This document shows positions 49,859 to 60,501 of a stretch of DNA of 64,000 nucleotides, piece by piece. The position numbers and the translations under genes are program-made. Source of the stretch: a virus; the IMG/VR virus record IMGVR_UViG_3300035698_010154, positions 12,835 to 76,834 of that record; one strand, written 5' to 3'. The stretch's first letter is position 1, and every line of letters starts with the position of its first letter. The notes under the pieces are model-generated. The model had not been told where the DNA came from. It worked only from the letters and a program-made list of their open reading frames with translations, and did no database searches.

Positions 49859-50452
49859 ATGGATACAAAAGACCAATATATAGCAGCTAAAAAACGGTTC
49901 AGATCAACCACACATGGTTCTATGGGTATTCTTATGGAGAAGTATTCCGTGGAAAGAATGGTTGAGATAGGACTATATAAGTGCAGAGCCGCCAAAGAAC
50001 TACTGAGAAGGTATGATCACATTCTTGATGAATATTGGGGTGTAGACTTTTATCTTGAGCAAGAGTGGAGTATAGCAAGAGGACTATACCAGAAAGATTG
50101 GAATGATCTATATGGCTGGGCCTGTTATTTTATGATGTTCTTCAAAAGCTTTAGAGTACTGAATATGTCGAGCAAAGAAGCATCGGATAACTTTAAGTCG
50201 AGGGCGAAGTTTCCTGACTGGGTTCCATTTGACATGGTGTTCATTGATGCCGCGCATGATAAAGATTCTGTGAAGGAAGATATAGGATTGTGGATTGACT
50301 TGATCAAGCCAGGTGGTATCATATCTGGTCATGATTATGGCCAAGGCAGGCATCCAGAAACAGAGACAGCCGTTGATGAAATGCTAGGCAAAGAGAACAT
50401 AAAAACATTACCAGGATTTGTATGGTACATGGAGATACGTAATGAAGTTTAA
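49859..50452 (+). CDS. Class I SAM methyltransferase (Methyltransf_24-like)
   Basis: VEIG, FIDAAH, KPGGIISGHDY. Confidence 0.85.
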   Translation: MDTKDQYIAAKKRFRSTTHGSMGILMEKYSVERMVEIGLYKCRAAKELLRRYDHILDEYWGVDFYLEQEWSIARGLYQKDWNDLYGWACYFMMFFKSFRVLNMSSKEASDNFKSRAKFPDWVPFDMVFIDAAHDKDSVKEDIGLWIDLIKPGGIISGHDYGQGRHPETETAVDEMLGKENIKTLPGFVWYMEIRNEV

Positions 50453-51077
50453 AGAATACATAAATGAAGTCGATTTGGATTTCTCATCATCTTTGAGTTT
50501 TATAATTGATGATGATGTGGTTGATGCTTTATCTAAAAAGCTAAAGAAAGAATGTGCTCCATATCTCAAGGAAATGGGAAAGGGGCGTAAAGAAAATTGG
50601 TTATATAGAGCAACAGAGCATCAATTTGATATTTTTAAGAAATTCACACCTCGAACAAACAGAAAACCACGTAATACGCCAATTGAAATTCATACAATGA
50701 TGAATGATTTATTCAAAAAGAAATTTGGCTGGAAGGCAAGAAGCGAAGGAGTGTTTGCCTCTAGTGATATAGCTCAATTGGAATATGTATACGGTGATCC
50801 ATATATGTTCTTCCCTATAGGTAGTTATAAATATATTTATCATCCTACCATAAGAGATATATTCATGGATATGGACAATGGAAAAATAATTAATGCATAT
50901 GGATATGATGAAGAATTAGCAACAAAATACTTAAATAAAAATATACCAAAATATAAAGACAATAACCTACATCTAGCATACAAGAATGGTGTAGAAGTAG
51001 CATTTAAATGTAAATCATATTATCTGGTTAGAAGATTATATGAGGATGCATTGAAAAAAGAGTGGGGAATGGTGTAA
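50442..51077 (+). CDS. Putative head-packaged protein with possible ADP-ribosyltransferase fold; paralog of 10853..11458
   Basis: Start MKFKEYINE; LYRA, RTNRKPRNT, KFGWKARSEGVFASS, VEVAFKCKSYY. Confidence 0.5.
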   Translation: MKFKEYINEVDLDFSSSLSFIIDDDVVDALSKKLKKECAPYLKEMGKGRKENWLYRATEHQFDIFKKFTPRTNRKPRNTPIEIHTMMNDLFKKKFGWKARSEGVFASSDIAQLEYVYGDPYMFFPIGSYKYIYHPTIRDIFMDMDNGKIINAYGYDEELATKYLNKNIPKYKDNNLHLAYKNGVEVAFKCKSYYLVRRLYEDALKKEWGMV

Positions 51078-51080
51078 CTA

Positions 51081-51968
51081 ATGGCAATAAAATATGACTC
51101 TGTTTTTGTAAAACGCCCGGATGTAGAAATAGAATATACTCCAGAACATATTTCAGAATTACATAAATGTTCTAATGATATAAACTATTTTCTGAAATAT
51201 GTTAAGATAGTCAACCCAGATAAAGGTGAAATAAAATTCTCTCCTTATGATTACCAAGAGGACTTACTTAAAAAATTTAATAAAAACCGTTTCAATATAG
51301 TATTAGCAAGTCGGCAATCAGGAAAAACAAGTATAGTTGCTGTTTATGCATTATGGTACTCAATATTTCATAGTGACAAGAATATTGGTATTGTATCAAA
51401 TAAAGAATCATCAGCTAAAATGATCCTTGGAAGGTTGAAAAGGATGTATGAATGCTTACCTGTGTTCCTAAAGCCAGGCGTGCATGAGTACAGTAAGACA
51501 TTTATAACATTTGACAATCACACTAGAATACTTATCTCTGCTACATCACCAGACGCGTTCCGAGGTGAATCTATCAATCTTTTAATATGCGATGAGCTTG
51601 CGTTTGTGCCAAATAACATTGCTGAAGAGTTTTGGGCTGCTAATTATCCAACCATTTCAGCATCAACTGAAGCAAAAGTTATTATTATCTCTACACCACA
51701 AGGTTTATTTAATTTGTATCATAGAATATACTCACAAGCTGAAGCTGATATGAATAGTTTTGTTCATACTAGAATAGGATGGGAACAAGTTCCTGGTAGA
51801 AATGAAGAGTGGGCAAAAGAGCAAATCCAAAACCTTGGTATGGTTAAATTCAATCAAGAATTTAACTGCGTAACTGGTGATACATATATAGATGTTTATG
51901 ATACTAAAGAAGATGAAGTAAAAATAATCACCATAGAGAATCTTTTTGAAAATTTATATGGTTTATAA
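51081..51968 (+). CDS. gp17: Terminase large subunit N-extein (ATPase) plus 33-aa split-intein N-fragment
   Basis: SRQSGKT, ICDELAF, ISTPQG, FNQEFN|CVTGDTYI.. (Cys1 at 51867). Confidence 0.92.
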   Translation: MAIKYDSVFVKRPDVEIEYTPEHISELHKCSNDINYFLKYVKIVNPDKGEIKFSPYDYQEDLLKKFNKNRFNIVLASRQSGKTSIVAVYALWYSIFHSDKNIGIVSNKESSAKMILGRLKRMYECLPVFLKPGVHEYSKTFITFDNHTRILISATSPDAFRGESINLLICDELAFVPNNIAEEFWAANYPTISASTEAKVIIISTPQGLFNLYHRIYSQAEADMNSFVHTRIGWEQVPGRNEEWAKEQIQNLGMVKFNQEFNCVTGDTYIDVYDTKEDEVKIITIENLFENLYGL

Positions 51969-52164
51969 ACTTGAAAGAGATGATTCATTAATTTATATAG
52001 TAACTACAAATGAGAAAGCATTTAAAAGAAGAGTCAGGAGGTGGTGTTTTCCTTGCCACAAATTCTATCAAAGAGCATTTGTTAAGAAAATCGCTATTAA
52101 ATATAATGTTATACAACAATGTATATATAATATGTTAAAAGGAAGAACTTGGGCGGATGTTTAA
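51946..52164 (+). pseudogene. Degenerate free-standing homing endonuclease (GIY-YIG-like start, HTH end)
   Basis: MVYKL..IYIVTT..RR then IAIKYNV..IYNMLKGRTW; only 72 aa; overlaps both gp17 halves. Confidence 0.55.
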
Positions 52165-53248
52165 AATTAATAAAAGATATAAAATACTAACATCAAATGG
52201 ATATTGCAACTTTGATGGAATCAATATAATTAAATCTAGCAATATTATTAAGATTACTACTGAAGATGATATGGTGTTAAAGTGCTCTAAAGATCATAGA
52301 ATACTTACAAACAAAGGATTCATAACATCTGATAATATTAAAGTTGGTGATTATGTCTCTACAAAGAATGGGCATAAAAAAGTTATAGAAAAGAAAAATA
52401 TCGATGGTGATTTTATTCTATATGATCCTATAAATGTTGAAAATGATAATACTTATTATTCCAATAACATTATATCTCATAACTGCCAGTTTATTGGTTC
52501 GACTCATACTGTACTAAACACATTAACAATTGAGACACTCTTGACAGTATGGACTGAACCAAATTTTACTGATCTGAATGATAGGTTCAGGCTGTGGGAA
52601 AAACCAGAAGATCAATCTAATTATATAATGGGTGTTGATACAAGTAAAGGAACTGGTGAGAACTGGTCAACTATACAGATATTTAAAATGATGAGTATTA
52701 ACCCCGTTGCACTGGATCAAGTTGCTGTATTTGAGGATAACTTAACAGATGTATATGAGTTCTCAGACATAGTTGATCGTATTTCTATGTACTATAACAA
52801 TGCATATATTATGGTAGAAAACAATGGTGAAGGTGCCCCTGTTGTTCAAAGACTATGGTGGGAATTAGAGAATGAGAACCTTGTCAACACAGGATCTAAA
52901 GTAGCGAACCTTGGAATACGAGCAACAAGAACTACAAAGCCAAAAGCTGTTCTGTTAATGAAAAAACTTATAGAGGATGGTAGTGTAAAACTCAATGACA
53001 AGAACACTATAGAGCAACTGAGTAGCTTTATTGAAGAAGGTAATAAGTTCTTTGGTAAGGATAAAGCAGATGATCTAGTGTCTGCTCTATATTGGGCATT
53101 ATATATATTTCAGATGGATATACTTGACGAGGCAATGGGTTTTATAACAAAAAAAGATGAAGAAGCTGATATGTGGGGTGTGCTATCTGATATGGAAAGA
53201 CCAGAAGAAGATTGGAGTTGGTTAAATAATTCTGAAATTTACTCATAG
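52157..53248 (+). CDS. gp17: Split-intein C-fragment (109 aa) plus terminase large subunit C-extein (nuclease)
   Basis: MFKINKRYKILTSNG..YYSNNIISHN|CQFIGS; GVDTSKG, VENNG, DDLVSA. Confidence 0.92.
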   Translation: MFKINKRYKILTSNGYCNFDGINIIKSSNIIKITTEDDMVLKCSKDHRILTNKGFITSDNIKVGDYVSTKNGHKKVIEKKNIDGDFILYDPINVENDNTYYSNNIISHNCQFIGSTHTVLNTLTIETLLTVWTEPNFTDLNDRFRLWEKPEDQSNYIMGVDTSKGTGENWSTIQIFKMMSINPVALDQVAVFEDNLTDVYEFSDIVDRISMYYNNAYIMVENNGEGAPVVQRLWWELENENLVNTGSKVANLGIRATRTTKPKAVLLMKKLIEDGSVKLNDKNTIEQLSSFIEEGNKFFGKDKADDLVSALYWALYIFQMDILDEAMGFITKKDEEADMWGVLSDMERPEEDWSWLNNSEIYS

Positions 53249-53253
53249 ATTTA

Positions 53254-53261
53254 TATAAATA
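53254..53261 (+). promoter_or_regulatory. Late promoter TATAAATA for gp13 and possibly the downstream glycan cluster
   Basis: Exact consensus in an intergenic region. Confidence 0.7.
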
Positions 53262-53357
53262 ATAGAGTAAGGTAGGGTATAAAATAAGAGGACAGAGGGC
53301 AGCTCCCTTTGGTTGGGCACTCCTAATACCCAACATAATTAAAGAGAGGAAAATACA

Positions 53358-54191
53358 ATGGCAATAACAAAAATGGATCTAGCAGCTCATATTCGAAGAC
53401 GCTTAGGGGCGCCTCTTATTAAGGTGGAGCTGAGTAATGAACAGATATACGACACCATTGACTATGCTAGAGATAAGTTCATAAAGTGGGCTGTGGGTCA
53501 ATCAACAATTGAAACATTCTTTACATTAGCTCTATCAGCGGGACAAACAATTTATCCATTACCAACAGGTGTCACAGAAATGGTTCATTATAGTGATTCT
53601 GGTGGTGGTTCTGGTGGTGGTATAAACACATTATTTACAATAGATAACTTTATGTATAATAATGGTATGTATGAGGCATTATACAACACATCTATGAGTG
53701 GTGGATTTACGATTATGTCATATCACATTGCCAGAGATTTTCTAAAAACATTATCAAGATATACTCCAAGTAAGTATAATTGGAAACACCATAGGTTTAC
53801 CAATGAATTAGAAATACAGCCAGCACCACCAACAGGAAATGCATTAACTATAACACAAGATGGAACCGAATTCACCATTGATTCACCAGGATTTGTTCTA
53901 ATAAGAGCATATATGATGGAAGGAAGCACTCATGTTAGTGGATGGGCGAATGGCGATAGTGATACAAACTTTTATACAAGTGATTGGATTTTCGACTATT
54001 CTCATGCGATGTGCTTGGTAACACTTGGTCGTATTAGAAGTAAGTTCGCCAACTTTACATCCGTTGGAAATACTGGTATAAGCATGGATGGTGATTCATT
54101 AATAAGTGAAGGTAAAGAAGAAATAATGAAACTCGAAGAAACCCTAAGGCTTGAGGAAGTTTTTGAGGGCCTTGGAGTGGATATCGGGTGA
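53358..54191 (+). CDS. gp13: Neck protein (T4 gp13-like)
   Basis: RRRLGAPLIKVELSNEQI; WIFDY; GRIRSKF; SMDGDSLISEG. Confidence 0.88.
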   Translation: MAITKMDLAAHIRRRLGAPLIKVELSNEQIYDTIDYARDKFIKWAVGQSTIETFFTLALSAGQTIYPLPTGVTEMVHYSDSGGGSGGGINTLFTIDNFMYNNGMYEALYNTSMSGGFTIMSYHIARDFLKTLSRYTPSKYNWKHHRFTNELEIQPAPPTGNALTITQDGTEFTIDSPGFVLIRAYMMEGSTHVSGWANGDSDTNFYTSDWIFDYSHAMCLVTLGRIRSKFANFTSVGNTGISMDGDSLISEGKEEIMKLEETLRLEEVFEGLGVDIG

Positions 54192-54242
54192 TAGTATACA
54201 AAGCAACCAATAAAATGTGATAGAGAGAGGTAGGTAAGTTAA

Positions 54243-56786
54243 ATGATAAAAAATGTAACTAGTAGCATTAATCGTCTAGGAAAAATGTTAGAAAAAGAAT
54301 TGAAAGTGTTATCAAAAAATGATAATACGTTCAAGAGAGATCCCAAATCTCTCTTATTGAGTGTTTTATTTCATGATGATCATATACACCATATAGTACC
54401 TGGTGATGGTGAAGATAAAACAAGAATACTTCAATCTATATATGATGAGTATAAAAACATAATCAAAGAACAAGCAATACTCCCTCCAGTTGTAAAACCC
54501 ACAGTAGAACGAACACCAGATAATCCACGCAAAATTATATTCGGGCATCACAGGGCTTTAGGAGATTCATTAATGTTTACATCAGGCATACGTGACTTTA
54601 AGCTATTGTTCCCTGATATTCTAATAAATGTTGATAGCAGTCAACCTATGGTATGGGAAAATAATCCTTACATTGATAGATCATTGAGCAAAAATGATCC
54701 TTCCGTAGAATATTATAAGGTTGGGTATCCAATGATAGGCAACATCAACAACTCCCACATGCATTTCACATCAATGTTCCTATTTGATATGATTGCTATT
54801 GCTGACTTTCACGAACCGCTTCCAATGAACATAGGTGAATTCACTGCCATATTTGCTAATGGTAGAATTGGTGATCCTGCGCTTGGTGACATCAAAAAGA
54901 ATGCTGAGAATGCAAGAGAACCATTCATATCGTTTAGAGAAAAATATCATCAAATGTGTAAAGTGTTCGCTAGACAACGTGGTGATATACATCTTACAGA
55001 AAAGGAAAAGTCATATAACTTAATAAAGGATATATATGGTGTTGAAAAGTATTGGGTCATTGGGCCAGGTGGTAAAAGAGATTGTACTTGTAAGATATGG
55101 GATTGGAGAAAGTTTCAAGATGTTATAGATCACTTTGAAGGTAGGCTAAAGTTCGTTACCATAGGTAGGAGTGATCACCTTATAGAAAATCTTAATGGTG
55201 TTATTGATTTAACTGATAAGTTCAATAAAGACGTGCGGGCACTTCTGCCTCTAGTTTATCATGCAGAAGGTTGCGTAAGTGGCCCAAGTTTTCTAATGCA
55301 TCTTGCGGCTGCAATGCCACCAAAGTATCACAAAGATCGTAAACCATGTGTTGCCATATTTGGTGGCCGAGAGCCTCACATGTGGAGTGGTTATACCAAC
55401 CACCAGATATTACACTCAAATGGTATATACTCTTGCTGTGATAATGGCGGCTGTTGGAAAGCAAGAGTAGTTCCGCTTCAAAAAGATCCTAAGCACAATA
55501 AGAATCTTTGTAAATCACCTGTCAAAAGAGATGATAAGCATATTGCTGAATGTATGGATAACATTACATCACAGGATGTTATACGAGCAATAGAGAAGTA
55601 TTATGATGGTGATATATACAAATATGCGACTCAGGTAAAACCAACTGAATATTTTACTCAGCCAAATGAAGAATCAATAATATCAACACCTTCTATAGTC
55701 AAGCACACAAACAAAGAAATCAATGTTGTTGGCAATCTTAACTCTAAGGGTGGTGGGGAACAAAGCTTAGTAATGATCTCTACACTGTTGAGAAAGGCTG
55801 GTTGGAAGGTGAACTTGTATCCGTGGGGAACTGTGCATGAAAATTATAAAGACATAGAAGTAGAGCCATACTCATATAAAGAAGGTATGCTTGATAATAT
55901 GAAAGAGGGTCTACCACTTCTGTTTTATGCTAATGATTGTGTATGGGATTTTGATAAAACAGCGGAACCCGTTGTTGCTAAAAGTTCTTCTGTTATCATA
56001 GGTATAAACTTTGCCAATGGTTCACTAACAAAATGTAATTGGCTTGCTAAGTCTGGTAAGCTTCGAGCTGTGATATTCCAAAACACCGAGAAGAAGGATG
56101 AGTGGATCAGGGATGCCATGGGATTTGATAGCACACAACTTATTGTAATGTTTGGAGCAATAAATCTTGAAAGATTCCTAGAGGTGGCTCCTCAAAAGCG
56201 AGAGAAAGATCAGGACTTGATGATAATAAAAACAAGTCTATCGGACTATAGAAAATACGTTACGACCGAAACTGAAAATGGTGGAGATAAACAACATTTA
56301 TGGCAACACAACATAATCAAGGAAAACGATGTTAAGTTCTATGGCCGTTTACTGAAGGATACCAAAAAGACAAAATTTGCCTTCATGGTGGCTCACAAAG
56401 AATTAGTCAAGGCTTTTAAAGACGAGCCTCGAATGATATTTTATAAATGGAATCAAGTTGATGTTGGGAAATTTCTACAACAAGGCCATATATTCCTTTA
56501 CAGAACATCCAATCATTGGAGAGATCAATACCCAAGAGTAATGGCCGAAGCACTTGCCGCTGGCCTTCCATGTTTGGGAGAACCAAGAGATGGAACCAAA
56601 GATAGAATAGTTCCGGGTGACACAGGATTCCATTGTGTTGATTATGATGGATTCCTTTATGCTGTGAAGCTGTTACAGAGAAAAGAGGACTATAGGCACA
56701 AAATGGGAATGTATGCAAAAGAGTGGGCAAAAAAGAATCTTGATCCACGGATCTGGGTGAATGTTATAGAGGAGTTAGTATTATGA
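54243..56786 (+). CDS. Fused glycosyltransferase (GT9-like plus GT4-like)
   Basis: ALGDSL, KIWDW, SFLMHLAAA, CVAIFGG (GT9); GGGEQS, PRVMAEALAAGLPC, GDTGF (GT4). Confidence 0.8.
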   Translation: MIKNVTSSINRLGKMLEKELKVLSKNDNTFKRDPKSLLLSVLFHDDHIHHIVPGDGEDKTRILQSIYDEYKNIIKEQAILPPVVKPTVERTPDNPRKIIFGHHRALGDSLMFTSGIRDFKLLFPDILINVDSSQPMVWENNPYIDRSLSKNDPSVEYYKVGYPMIGNINNSHMHFTSMFLFDMIAIADFHEPLPMNIGEFTAIFANGRIGDPALGDIKKNAENAREPFISFREKYHQMCKVFARQRGDIHLTEKEKSYNLIKDIYGVEKYWVIGPGGKRDCTCKIWDWRKFQDVIDHFEGRLKFVTIGRSDHLIENLNGVIDLTDKFNKDVRALLPLVYHAEGCVSGPSFLMHLAAAMPPKYHKDRKPCVAIFGGREPHMWSGYTNHQILHSNGIYSCCDNGGCWKARVVPLQKDPKHNKNLCKSPVKRDDKHIAECMDNITSQDVIRAIEKYYDGDIYKYATQVKPTEYFTQPNEESIISTPSIVKHTNKEINVVGNLNSKGGGEQSLVMISTLLRKAGWKVNLYPWGTVHENYKDIEVEPYSYKEGMLDNMKEGLPLLFYANDCVWDFDKTAEPVVAKSSSVIIGINFANGSLTKCNWLAKSGKLRAVIFQNTEKKDEWIRDAMGFDSTQLIVMFGAINLERFLEVAPQKREKDQDLMIIKTSLSDYRKYVTTETENGGDKQHLWQHNIIKENDVKFYGRLLKDTKKTKFAFMVAHKELVKAFKDEPRMIFYKWNQVDVGKFLQQGHIFLYRTSNHWRDQYPRVMAEALAAGLPCLGEPRDGTKDRIVPGDTGFHCVDYDGFLYAVKLLQRKEDYRHKMGMYAKEWAKKNLDPRIWVNVIEELVL

Positions 56787-57613
56787 AAAACACAGGAGTT
56801 ATATACATTGCGGTAAACAAGAGAAAAGGAACGAATGATGGTAGAACTATACGAAGTCAATATAATCCTGCTGTGGTGTCAGCCAAGAGCGTCAAGGAAC
56901 ACATGCCATTCTTACACATAACACTCTTTACGAATTTGAAGATAGATGAGTTTGATGAAGCGTTTGACAATGTGGTAGAGGTTGGGGAAATCGAATCACA
57001 TCATGGTATATGGAAAAAGAAATGGGAATATATGTCACAATCACCATATGATATATCACTACACTTGGATGCTGATACATATATGTGTGAAGATTGCTCA
57101 GAGATATTACCACTAATGGATCATTTTGACATGTCGATACCATCATCACCACACTACTACTCTAGAAAAATCGGTGTTCCCAAAAGCTTTCCAGAACTAG
57201 CTGGTGGGGTTATATTATGGAAGAAGAACGACAAGACAGATAAGTTCATACAAGATATGATAAAGATGTTAGAGGATAGAAGACGATACTATACTGATGA
57301 ACCATATATAAGATACTTACTATATAATGGTGATCTAAGATACTCAGTACTACCGATGGAGTATAATTGTGTTTTGACTCATCCGGGATATCTGTTCGGT
57401 AAGATTAAGATAGCACATGGCCGTGTTGATCTTATTGAGAATGCTGAGATCATGAATAAAAATACAAACAAGAGAATATTCTCTGGTGAGACACTCTACC
57501 TTATGGATTCGGCTCAGAAATTTTTGACTGTAGTTGAAGAAATAAAGTATGGGCACTCTAAATATACAGGAGGCCCGAAAAAAATATATATTCCAGAGGG
57601 GGAAACATTTTAA
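56783..57613 (+). CDS. GT-A glycosyltransferase (GT8-like)
   Basis: SPYDISLHLDADT (DxD), GGVILW, LPMEYN. Confidence 0.75.
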   Translation: MKNTGVIYIAVNKRKGTNDGRTIRSQYNPAVVSAKSVKEHMPFLHITLFTNLKIDEFDEAFDNVVEVGEIESHHGIWKKKWEYMSQSPYDISLHLDADTYMCEDCSEILPLMDHFDMSIPSSPHYYSRKIGVPKSFPELAGGVILWKKNDKTDKFIQDMIKMLEDRRRYYTDEPYIRYLLYNGDLRYSVLPMEYNCVLTHPGYLFGKIKIAHGRVDLIENAEIMNKNTNKRIFSGETLYLMDSAQKFLTVVEEIKYGHSKYTGGPKKIYIPEGETF

Positions 57614-58590
57614 TGAAAAAAGCTATAGTAACAGGTGGTCTTGGGTTCATAGGATCACATCTGATCAGTATGCTGATGTCAAAGAACATAGAGTGTTATA
57701 TAGTAGACAACAAATCATCGAATGTTGTTCATACCATTGATGGTTGTGAGATACTTATATCAAACGTTGAGAGTTGTTTCAATCTCTTACCAAAGGATGC
57801 TGACATTGTATTTCATTTGGCTAGCTTTGTCGGGCCAAGTGGTATACTAGAGCATTGTGGTGAAATGGGTAAAACGATTGTCAATGATACATATGGTTTG
57901 GCAAACTTTTGTGTTGAGAACAATATGATGTTAGTGGATATATCAACCTCTGAAGTATATGGTCACAAGAGTCTACTGGATGAGAATTCGGAAAAAGTAT
58001 ATCCCGGTGAGTATGCTGTCAGGACAGAATATGCTGCCGCAAAAATGTTAGGTGAGATCATTACTGTGAACAAAGCCAAAGTAACAGATCTAAGATATCA
58101 GATCATAAGGCCATTCAACGTTGCTGGTGAAAGACAACAACCAGATGGTGGATTCGTTCTACCAAGGTTCGTTGTATCAGCACTCACAGATCAATCTATC
58201 ACTATATTTGGTGATGGTGAACAGGAGAGAGCATTTACTGATGTACAAGATGTATGTGATGCTATATGGGAAGTGATACATTATAAAGAAAACAATACAT
58301 GGAACATAGGAAATGCTGGCAATAGAACAACCATAAATGAATTAGCTGAAAAGGTCATAGATCACATAATAAAAAGATACCCATATAAGGTCTTTAATAC
58401 TGTTCATATAGATCCAAAGATTATACATGGTGAGTTATTTTCAGAAGCAGTTGATAAGATACCATACACAGCTAAAATGGAAGAACTTCTAAACTGGTAT
58501 CCAAAGGTATCTGTTGATAAGACAATAGAGGACATCATTGACTATTATGAACTAAGAATAAAAGATGGGTATGGATTCAAAACATGTTAA
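57613..58590 (+). CDS. NAD-dependent epimerase/dehydratase
   Basis: VTGGLGFIGS, STSEVYG, YAAAK, RPFNV. Confidence 0.9.
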   Translation: MKKAIVTGGLGFIGSHLISMLMSKNIECYIVDNKSSNVVHTIDGCEILISNVESCFNLLPKDADIVFHLASFVGPSGILEHCGEMGKTIVNDTYGLANFCVENNMMLVDISTSEVYGHKSLLDENSEKVYPGEYAVRTEYAAAKMLGEIITVNKAKVTDLRYQIIRPFNVAGERQQPDGGFVLPRFVVSALTDQSITIFGDGEQERAFTDVQDVCDAIWEVIHYKENNTWNIGNAGNRTTINELAEKVIDHIIKRYPYKVFNTVHIDPKIIHGELFSEAVDKIPYTAKMEELLNWYPKVSVDKTIEDIIDYYELRIKDGYGFKTC

Positions 58591-59135
58591 AAAATTTTCA
58601 TCAAGATTGGGCTATAATTGATTTACTTAGTGATTTTATCTTAACCCACACAAAAGGTGATATATTTGAAATTGGGTTCGGGAGATCGACAAAAATACTA
58701 AACAACTATGCTGTCCACTATAATAGAATACACTTTGTATGCGATATAAATGAAAAAAAGATACATGAGGCAACAGTAAAGCTTAAGAACTTAACCACAT
58801 ATAATGGTAAATCATTAGATTTTATAAAAACTCTATCTAACATATCAATTGCTATTGCAATGATAGATGGTGAACACAAATATGAAACAATTATAGAAGA
58901 GGTAGATTTTGTTCTTGAACATCTAAACAAGAATGGTGTTATATTTATACATGATACATACGCGCCTAGTAAAGATTGGATTGTTGATAGGTACTGTGGT
59001 GATGCCTACAGGGCTAGACAAGAATTAGAGAAGAGAGATGATTTACAAATATTTACATGGCCTTATGGTGCTAAAAATTGTGGATTGTCGATGGTTATGA
59101 AGAAAGAAGATAATAGACCATTCTATAGGGAGTAG
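58584..59135 (+). CDS. Class I SAM methyltransferase (Methyltransf_24-like)
   Basis: EIGFGRST, MIDGEH, GVIFIHDT. Confidence 0.8.
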   Translation: MLKNFHQDWAIIDLLSDFILTHTKGDIFEIGFGRSTKILNNYAVHYNRIHFVCDINEKKIHEATVKLKNLTTYNGKSLDFIKTLSNISIAIAMIDGEHKYETIIEEVDFVLEHLNKNGVIFIHDTYAPSKDWIVDRYCGDAYRARQELEKRDDLQIFTWPYGAKNCGLSMVMKKEDNRPFYRE

Positions 59136-59140
59136 AAAAT

Positions 59141-59848
59141 ATGGCAGGAAAAATACATTACTATGATACATACGATTTAAGAAAGTTTCTAAAGATTTCA
59201 CCATACTGCATTGACGGACTAGTTGACATAGGAGCGAATGTTGGCTCGGTGTCAATAATGGGTAGAATACTATTCCCAGCTGCGAGAGTGCTAGGATTCG
59301 AGCCATGTAAGGAAACATATAAAACTTTAGAGCGAAATATGCTGTATTGGAACATCGAGTCATACAACATAGCTATAGGTGATGGTAAACCTATGTGCTT
59401 CATACGAAGACAAAACAACGGATACCATAGATTCATAAGAGAAGACGAAAGTCAATGGGCACCAAAAGAACCAGAGTACTTTATAGATAGTATGTCACTA
59501 AAGCAAATGTTCGACACATATAAGTTGAATGAGTTAGAATCATATATCATAAAGATCGATACAGAAGGTGGTGAGCGTCATCTTCTTAATGATGAATCAC
59601 TCAACATAGTCAAGGGGAGTGTTCAATTTATGGCAGAACTACATAATGGGTTCGGTGGAACATTAGAAGAGTGGAATGATTGGGTTGGTGAGTTCAAAGA
59701 CACTCATGAATTGAGAATAGGGAAGTGGGTTGACAAAGGAACAAAATATAGAAGAAGTGTATATGTTCCGATTGATGAAATACCAGAATACGGTACTACT
59801 GAAATAATGTTAGTAAATAAAGAATGGATCACAAAATATAGGATATAA
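59141..59848 (+). CDS. FkbM-family methyltransferase
   Basis: DIGANVG, GFEP, IKIDTEGGE. Confidence 0.85.
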   Translation: MAGKIHYYDTYDLRKFLKISPYCIDGLVDIGANVGSVSIMGRILFPAARVLGFEPCKETYKTLERNMLYWNIESYNIAIGDGKPMCFIRRQNNGYHRFIREDESQWAPKEPEYFIDSMSLKQMFDTYKLNELESYIIKIDTEGGERHLLNDESLNIVKGSVQFMAELHNGFGGTLEEWNDWVGEFKDTHELRIGKWVDKGTKYRRSVYVPIDEIPEYGTTEIMLVNKEWITKYRI

Positions 59849-59850
59849 AA

Positions 59851-60501
59851 ATGGAATGGACACCTAACAAACAGCATATGTACAGAGAAACCCAAAAAGA
59901 ACTATTAGATGTGCAACGTAAAATACAATACATAGAAGACTTTGATGGTCTATACAATGAGGTATTTTGGGAAAAGAGATCTGTGAAGCCTTTCAACTAT
60001 TATGGTAAAGTGATAACAGAACTCTTTGAGATAAAATCTATGGTGGACTTTGGTTGTGGACTTGGGCCATATCTAATGGGCGCCATTGAAGGTGGTGCTC
60101 AAAAAGTTTGGGGATATGAGAAGGGGTATGAAGTTGGTAAGAAATACATGCCGAAAGAAATCGTTGATCGTATAGTATATGGTGATGTGGGTGAATTAAT
60201 ACATTGTGGCAAATGGGATTGTGCCTTGTCCATTGAGGTAGCAGAGCACTTGTTACCAGATGAGGTATCAATATATATGGAAAACCTTATAAACGCATCG
60301 AGTAGATTAATAATAATGAGCACATCACCAAAAAGAAGCATGTATCACTTTAACCCACAATATAAATCATACTGGATACATAGATTTAAAGAGTGTGGTA
60401 TTGAGTATAGTAGTATGAAAACATTAAAACTAGTAAATGCTCTAAAAAGTGTCAAGGCAAGAAGGTATTTAATAGATCATATAATGGTATTTGAAGTATG
60501 A
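59851..60501 (+). CDS. Class I SAM methyltransferase
   Basis: DFGCGLG, SIEVAEHL, HFNPQ..YW. Confidence 0.8.
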   Translation: MEWTPNKQHMYRETQKELLDVQRKIQYIEDFDGLYNEVFWEKRSVKPFNYYGKVITELFEIKSMVDFGCGLGPYLMGAIEGGAQKVWGYEKGYEVGKKYMPKEIVDRIVYGDVGELIHCGKWDCALSIEVAEHLLPDEVSIYMENLINASSRLIIMSTSPKRSMYHFNPQYKSYWIHRFKECGIEYSSMKTLKLVNALKSVKARRYLIDHIMVFEV

